Shown here: positions 60,596 through 64,000 of the stretch, piece after piece
Numbering within the stretch: the first letter of the stretch is position 1
How the letters are laid out: the number at the start of each line of letters is the position of its first letter
Assembly (NCBI GenBank): GCA_945871905.1
Contig: CAMBXL010000002.1
Span: forward strand, 134,936-198,935
Length of the DNA: 64,000 bases
Source: Chitinophaga pinensis
GTDB lineage: Bacteria; Bacteroidota; Bacteroidia; NS11-12g; UBA955
Direction of reading: 5' to 3'
Notes under the pieces: generated by a model
Databases searched by the model: none
Told to the model about the DNA's origin: nothing
The model's input: the letters and a program-made list of their open reading frames with translations, nothing else
Made by a program: the position numbers and the translations under genes

Positions 60596-63500
60596 CTATA
60601 CATACAAGCCACTTAACTCTTCCATAAATTCGGTTGCTTCACGGATGTTTTTGATGCTTTTTACCAATAAAATAATGGTTTTACTACTTTGTTTCATTTC
60701 GAATTTAGCAGGTTGTGTTGCTATGTATTGTAGTATCTTAGAAAACGCGGCGCTGTCATAAAAAGCAGCTTTCTCGTCAGCCGGAAAATAGATTTTCATG
60801 TTTTGCTTTTCTAGGACAATCTTTTCAAATCCCAATGATTTTCCAATCCATTTTACCCTTATCGAAGCCAATAAAACGCCCACTTCTTTGGGATATCTTC
60901 CAAACCTGTCTATCAACATATCCGAGAATTTAGTGAGCGCATCTTCATTTTCGATTTTGCTTAATTCTGTATACAAACTCAGTCTTTCTGCCATGTTGCG
61001 AATGTATGTATCAGGAATTAACATATCAAAATCCGTATCAACCTGACAGTCTCTACTACTTATGCTTTCTATTTGATCTTTGAATAAATCGCTAAACTCA
61101 TCGTGTTTCAATTCACGGATGGCTTCATCTAATATTTTATGATAGGTATCAAACCCAATGTCGCTAATAAAGCCACTTTGTTCGCCACCCAACAAATTAC
61201 CTGCACCACGAATATCCAAATCTCTCATTGCCACATGGAAACCGCCTCCCAAGTCGCTGTACTCTTCGATAGTGCTCAAACGTTTTTTAGCATCAGAGGT
61301 AAGCGTGTTTAGTGGGGGTGACAACAAATAACAATACGCTTTTTTATTGCTTCTACCTACCCTACCCCTCATTTGATGCAAGTCGCTTAGTCCAAACATG
61401 TGCGCTTGATTGATAATAATGGTGTTACAGTTGGTAATATCCAAGCCTGCTTCAATGATTGTGGTGGCTATTAACACATCTTCATCACCTTCCATAAAAC
61501 GGAGCATTACATCTTCCAATTCGGAACCATCCATTTGACCATGCGCAATAGCAACCCGAACACCCGGAACCAATTGTTCTATCATGTGTTGGTACTCATA
61601 GATGTCCTTAACTCTATTGTGAACAAAATAAACCTGTCCACCTCTACTAATTTCGTATTTAATCGCTTTTCTAATCAGCTCTTTGTCAAAGGTATGTAAC
61701 TCGGTTTTGATTGGAAAACGGTTGGGTGGTGGTGTATTGATGACCGACAAATCTCTGGCTCCCATCAATGAAAAATGCAGCGTTCTTGGAATAGGAGTTG
61801 CTGTTAAGGTTAGCGTATCAACGTTGGCCCTTATTTCTTTTAACTTATCTTTAACACCTACTCCAAATTTTTGTTCTTCGTCTATTATCAATAGTCCTAA
61901 ATCCTTAAATTTAAGGTCTTTACCCACTATTCTATGGGTTCCGATTAAAATATCAACTTGACCATCTTTTACTTTTTGTATGGTTTTCTTTTGTTCCCCT
62001 GCGGTTTTAAATCTATTGATATAATCCACATTAACAGGCAACCCTTTCAAACGTTCTTTGAATGTTCTGTAATGTTGATGTGCCAAAATGGTAGTTGGTA
62101 CCAATACCGCCACTTGTTTGCTATCTGCTACAGATTTAAAGGCTGCACGTATGGCTACTTCCGTTTTTCCAAAACCCACATCACCACACAGCAATCTGTC
62201 CATGGGTTTGGTATTTTCCATGTCACGTTTTATCTCATCTGTTGCTTTGGCTTGGTCGGGCGTGTCTTCATATAAAAAAGAGGCCTCTAATTCCACTTGA
62301 AGGTAGGTGTCTGGCGCAAACGCAAAGCCTGGTTGTGCTCGCCTTTTGGCATACAAAGCAATTAACTCCCTCGCTATGTCTTTGACTTTCTTTTTGGTAC
62401 TCGCTTTTTGCTTTTCCCACACACCACTTCCCAACTTGTGCAAGGCAGGTTGTGTGCCATCTTTGCCTGTAAATTTGGATATTTTGTGTAAGGAGTTAAC
62501 ATTGATAAACAACAAATCACCATCGCGGTATGCAATTTTAACTGCTTCTTGTAACACACCATTCATTTGTGTTTTTTGCAAGCCCATAAACTTACCTACC
62601 CCATGGTCGATGTGGGTTACAAAATCGCCTATTTGCAACTCACTTAGTTCCTTAAGGGTCATTGCCGTACTTTTGGAATAACCTCTTTTTTGGGTTTTAA
62701 AACGGTAGTAACGCTCAAACAATTGATGTTCGGTGTAACAAGCTAATTTTAAATCGTGTTCCAAAAAACCTTCGGCCAAACCATGATAAATAGGCACAAT
62801 ATTGATTTGTTTTTGACGGTCTTCAATAATGGTGAGCAATCGGTCTATCTGCTTGCCAGTTTCACTAAAAACTAAATTTTTAATATTTTTCAGCTCATTT
62901 CCTTGTAAATGAGTGAGTAACATTTCAATATTCTTTTGAAATAGCTGTTGCGGTGAGGTATTGAATTTAAACGATTTTTTCGTTTTAAAACTTCTCATAG
63001 CACCTACTTCTACTATTGTTTTTATTTGGGTAATATTGGCTCTTATTTCATTGGGCGTAATCAGATAATTTTCAGGTCTTATTTTTTCTGACAATAAGGT
63101 TTCCCATTGTTTCTGTAGGTATTGGAATTGGTCATCAAAGTGTTTGAGTATACAAATGGTTTCTTCAGTAAAATACTTAAAAATTGATATTTTCTCACCT
63201 GCTATACTACTGCTTTGAATATTGGGAACAATAGTTAAAAAGGCAATATTGGAGATAGACAGTTGTGTTTCCAAATCAAAGGTTCTAATACTTTCAATTT
63301 GGTCGCCATCCAATACAATTCTGTAAGGCACATCATTGCTAAAACTGTAAATATCTACAATTCCACCACGGATAGCATATTGTCCGGGTTCACACACAAA
63401 ATCTTCTCTTTCAAATTCATTTTCATCCAAAAAGTCTGACAGAAATTCTAAGTCAAGAAGGTCGCCTAATTTAACTTCAAACGAATTCGATTTCAACTGT

Positions 63501-63910
63501 GCCGTGCTGATTACTTTTTCAGAGATACTTTCAGGCGTTGCAACTACAATGTAGGGATGTAAAGCATGTTGAAGTTTTGAAACGACTTCTGTTCTTCTTT
63601 GAATGTGCTCGGTATTTAGTTCCTCAAAATCGAAAGGCTTTTTGAAACTATCAGGCAAAAGCAGCACATCATTTTCAGAAATTAAATGTTCTAAATCGCT
63701 TCTTAAAAACTCGGCTTCTTCGGTTTCGGGAACCAAAACAAGCATATTTTGTTGAGTTTGGTGAAAAATAGAAGCAAGAACTACTGCCAAAGAGGAACCT
63801 GACAATCCTTCAAAACTGGCAATAGAAAGGCCGTTGTTTTTGCGTTGCTCCAAAAACTCAATAATTTGATCATGTTGCCCGAAAGCCTCTACAAGTTCCC
63901 TGACTTTCAT
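60596..63910 (-). CDS. mfd: Transcription-repair coupling factor
   Basis: UvrB-homology region, RID HIDHGVGKF, GDVGFGKTE, DEEQKFG, TATPIPRT, QMRGRVGR, TRG DLDIRGAGNLLG. Confidence 0.98.
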   Translation of the reverse strand: MKVRELVEAFGQHDQIIEFLEQRKNNGLSIASFEGLSGSSLAVVLASIFHQTQQNMLVLVPETEEAEFLRSDLEHLISENDVLLLPDSFKKPFDFEELNTEHIQRRTEVVSKLQHALHPYIVVATPESISEKVISTAQLKSNSFEVKLGDLLDLEFLSDFLDENEFEREDFVCEPGQYAIRGGIVDIYSFSNDVPYRIVLDGDQIESIRTFDLETQLSISNIAFLTIVPNIQSSSIAGEKISIFKYFTEETICILKHFDDQFQYLQKQWETLLSEKIRPENYLITPNEIRANITQIKTIVEVGAMRSFKTKKSFKFNTSPQQLFQKNIEMLLTHLQGNELKNIKNLVFSETGKQIDRLLTIIEDRQKQINIVPIYHGLAEGFLEHDLKLACYTEHQLFERYYRFKTQKRGYSKSTAMTLKELSELQIGDFVTHIDHGVGKFMGLQKTQMNGVLQEAVKIAYRDGDLLFINVNSLHKISKFTGKDGTQPALHKLGSGVWEKQKASTKKKVKDIARELIALYAKRRAQPGFAFAPDTYLQVELEASFLYEDTPDQAKATDEIKRDMENTKPMDRLLCGDVGFGKTEVAIRAAFKSVADSKQVAVLVPTTILAHQHYRTFKERLKGLPVNVDYINRFKTAGEQKKTIQKVKDGQVDILIGTHRIVGKDLKFKDLGLLIIDEEQKFGVGVKDKLKEIRANVDTLTLTATPIPRTLHFSLMGARDLSVINTPPPNRFPIKTELHTFDKELIRKAIKYEISRGGQVYFVHNRVKDIYEYQHMIEQLVPGVRVAIAHGQMDGSELEDVMLRFMEGDEDVLIATTIIEAGLDITNCNTIIINQAHMFGLSDLHQMRGRVGRSNKKAYCYLLSPPLNTLTSDAKKRLSTIEEYSDLGGGFHVAMRDLDIRGAGNLLGGEQSGFISDIGFDTYHKILDEAIRELKHDEFSDLFKDQIESISSRDCQVDTDFDMLIPDTYIRNMAERLSLYTELSKIENEDALTKFSDMLIDRFGRYPKEVGVLLASIRVKWIGKSLGFEKIVLEKQNMKIYFPADEKAAFYDSAAFSKILQYIATQPAKFEMKQSSKTIILLVKSIKNIREATEFMEELSGLYV

Positions 63911-63959
63911 TTAAAAAAGAGGTGCAAAGATAGGATTAAATTGAATTAAAAATCCTCTA

Positions 63960-64000
63960 TTATTTCTTTAAAATGGCAAATCCTATTAAGAATGAAATAA
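63960..64000 (-). CDS. Possible 3' end of a membrane-protein gene that starts outside the window
   Basis: Minus strand reads ...ISFLIGFAILKK*; only 12 codons are visible. Confidence 0.3.
   Translation of the reverse strand, partial: ISFLIGFAILKK

Overview
AT-rich chromosomal segment of a Bacteroidota bacterium, as shown by TAnnTTTG -7 promoter boxes a few nt before start codons, no Shine-Dalgarno sequences, T9SS cargo proteins and a mevalonate pathway. It is mostly core genome: ABC-F, fdx-iscX, a consolidated mevalonate/isoprenoid cluster (fni, HMG-CoA reductase, two GHMP kinases, mvaD, UbiA prenyltransferase), ribE, rpe, metF, rsgA, aroE, transaldolase, rpiB-tatC-fabG, dnaK, thiL, pth-lptB-recJ and mfd. 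There are also several large secreted proteins, one of which (>1230 aa, at the left edge) is missing from the ORF track. I saw no rRNA, tRNA, CRISPR array, transposase or prophage. Best leads: (1) an AAA+/DUF4143 ATPase-nuclease gene preceded by five 23-bp tandem repeats with a 69-bp higher-order period; (2) a stand-alone C-terminal half of the normally fused IcmF mutase, with its own promoter; (3) a recurring intergenic layout of REP-like palindromes, sometimes nested, sitting inside degenerate 7-8-bp tandem repeats; (4) a ~163-bp rod-like inverted repeat between the ABC-F operon and fdx-iscX; (5) an unannotated 43-aa lipoprotein ending in CNCGF. All family assignments come from recognising motifs by eye; no database searches were run.
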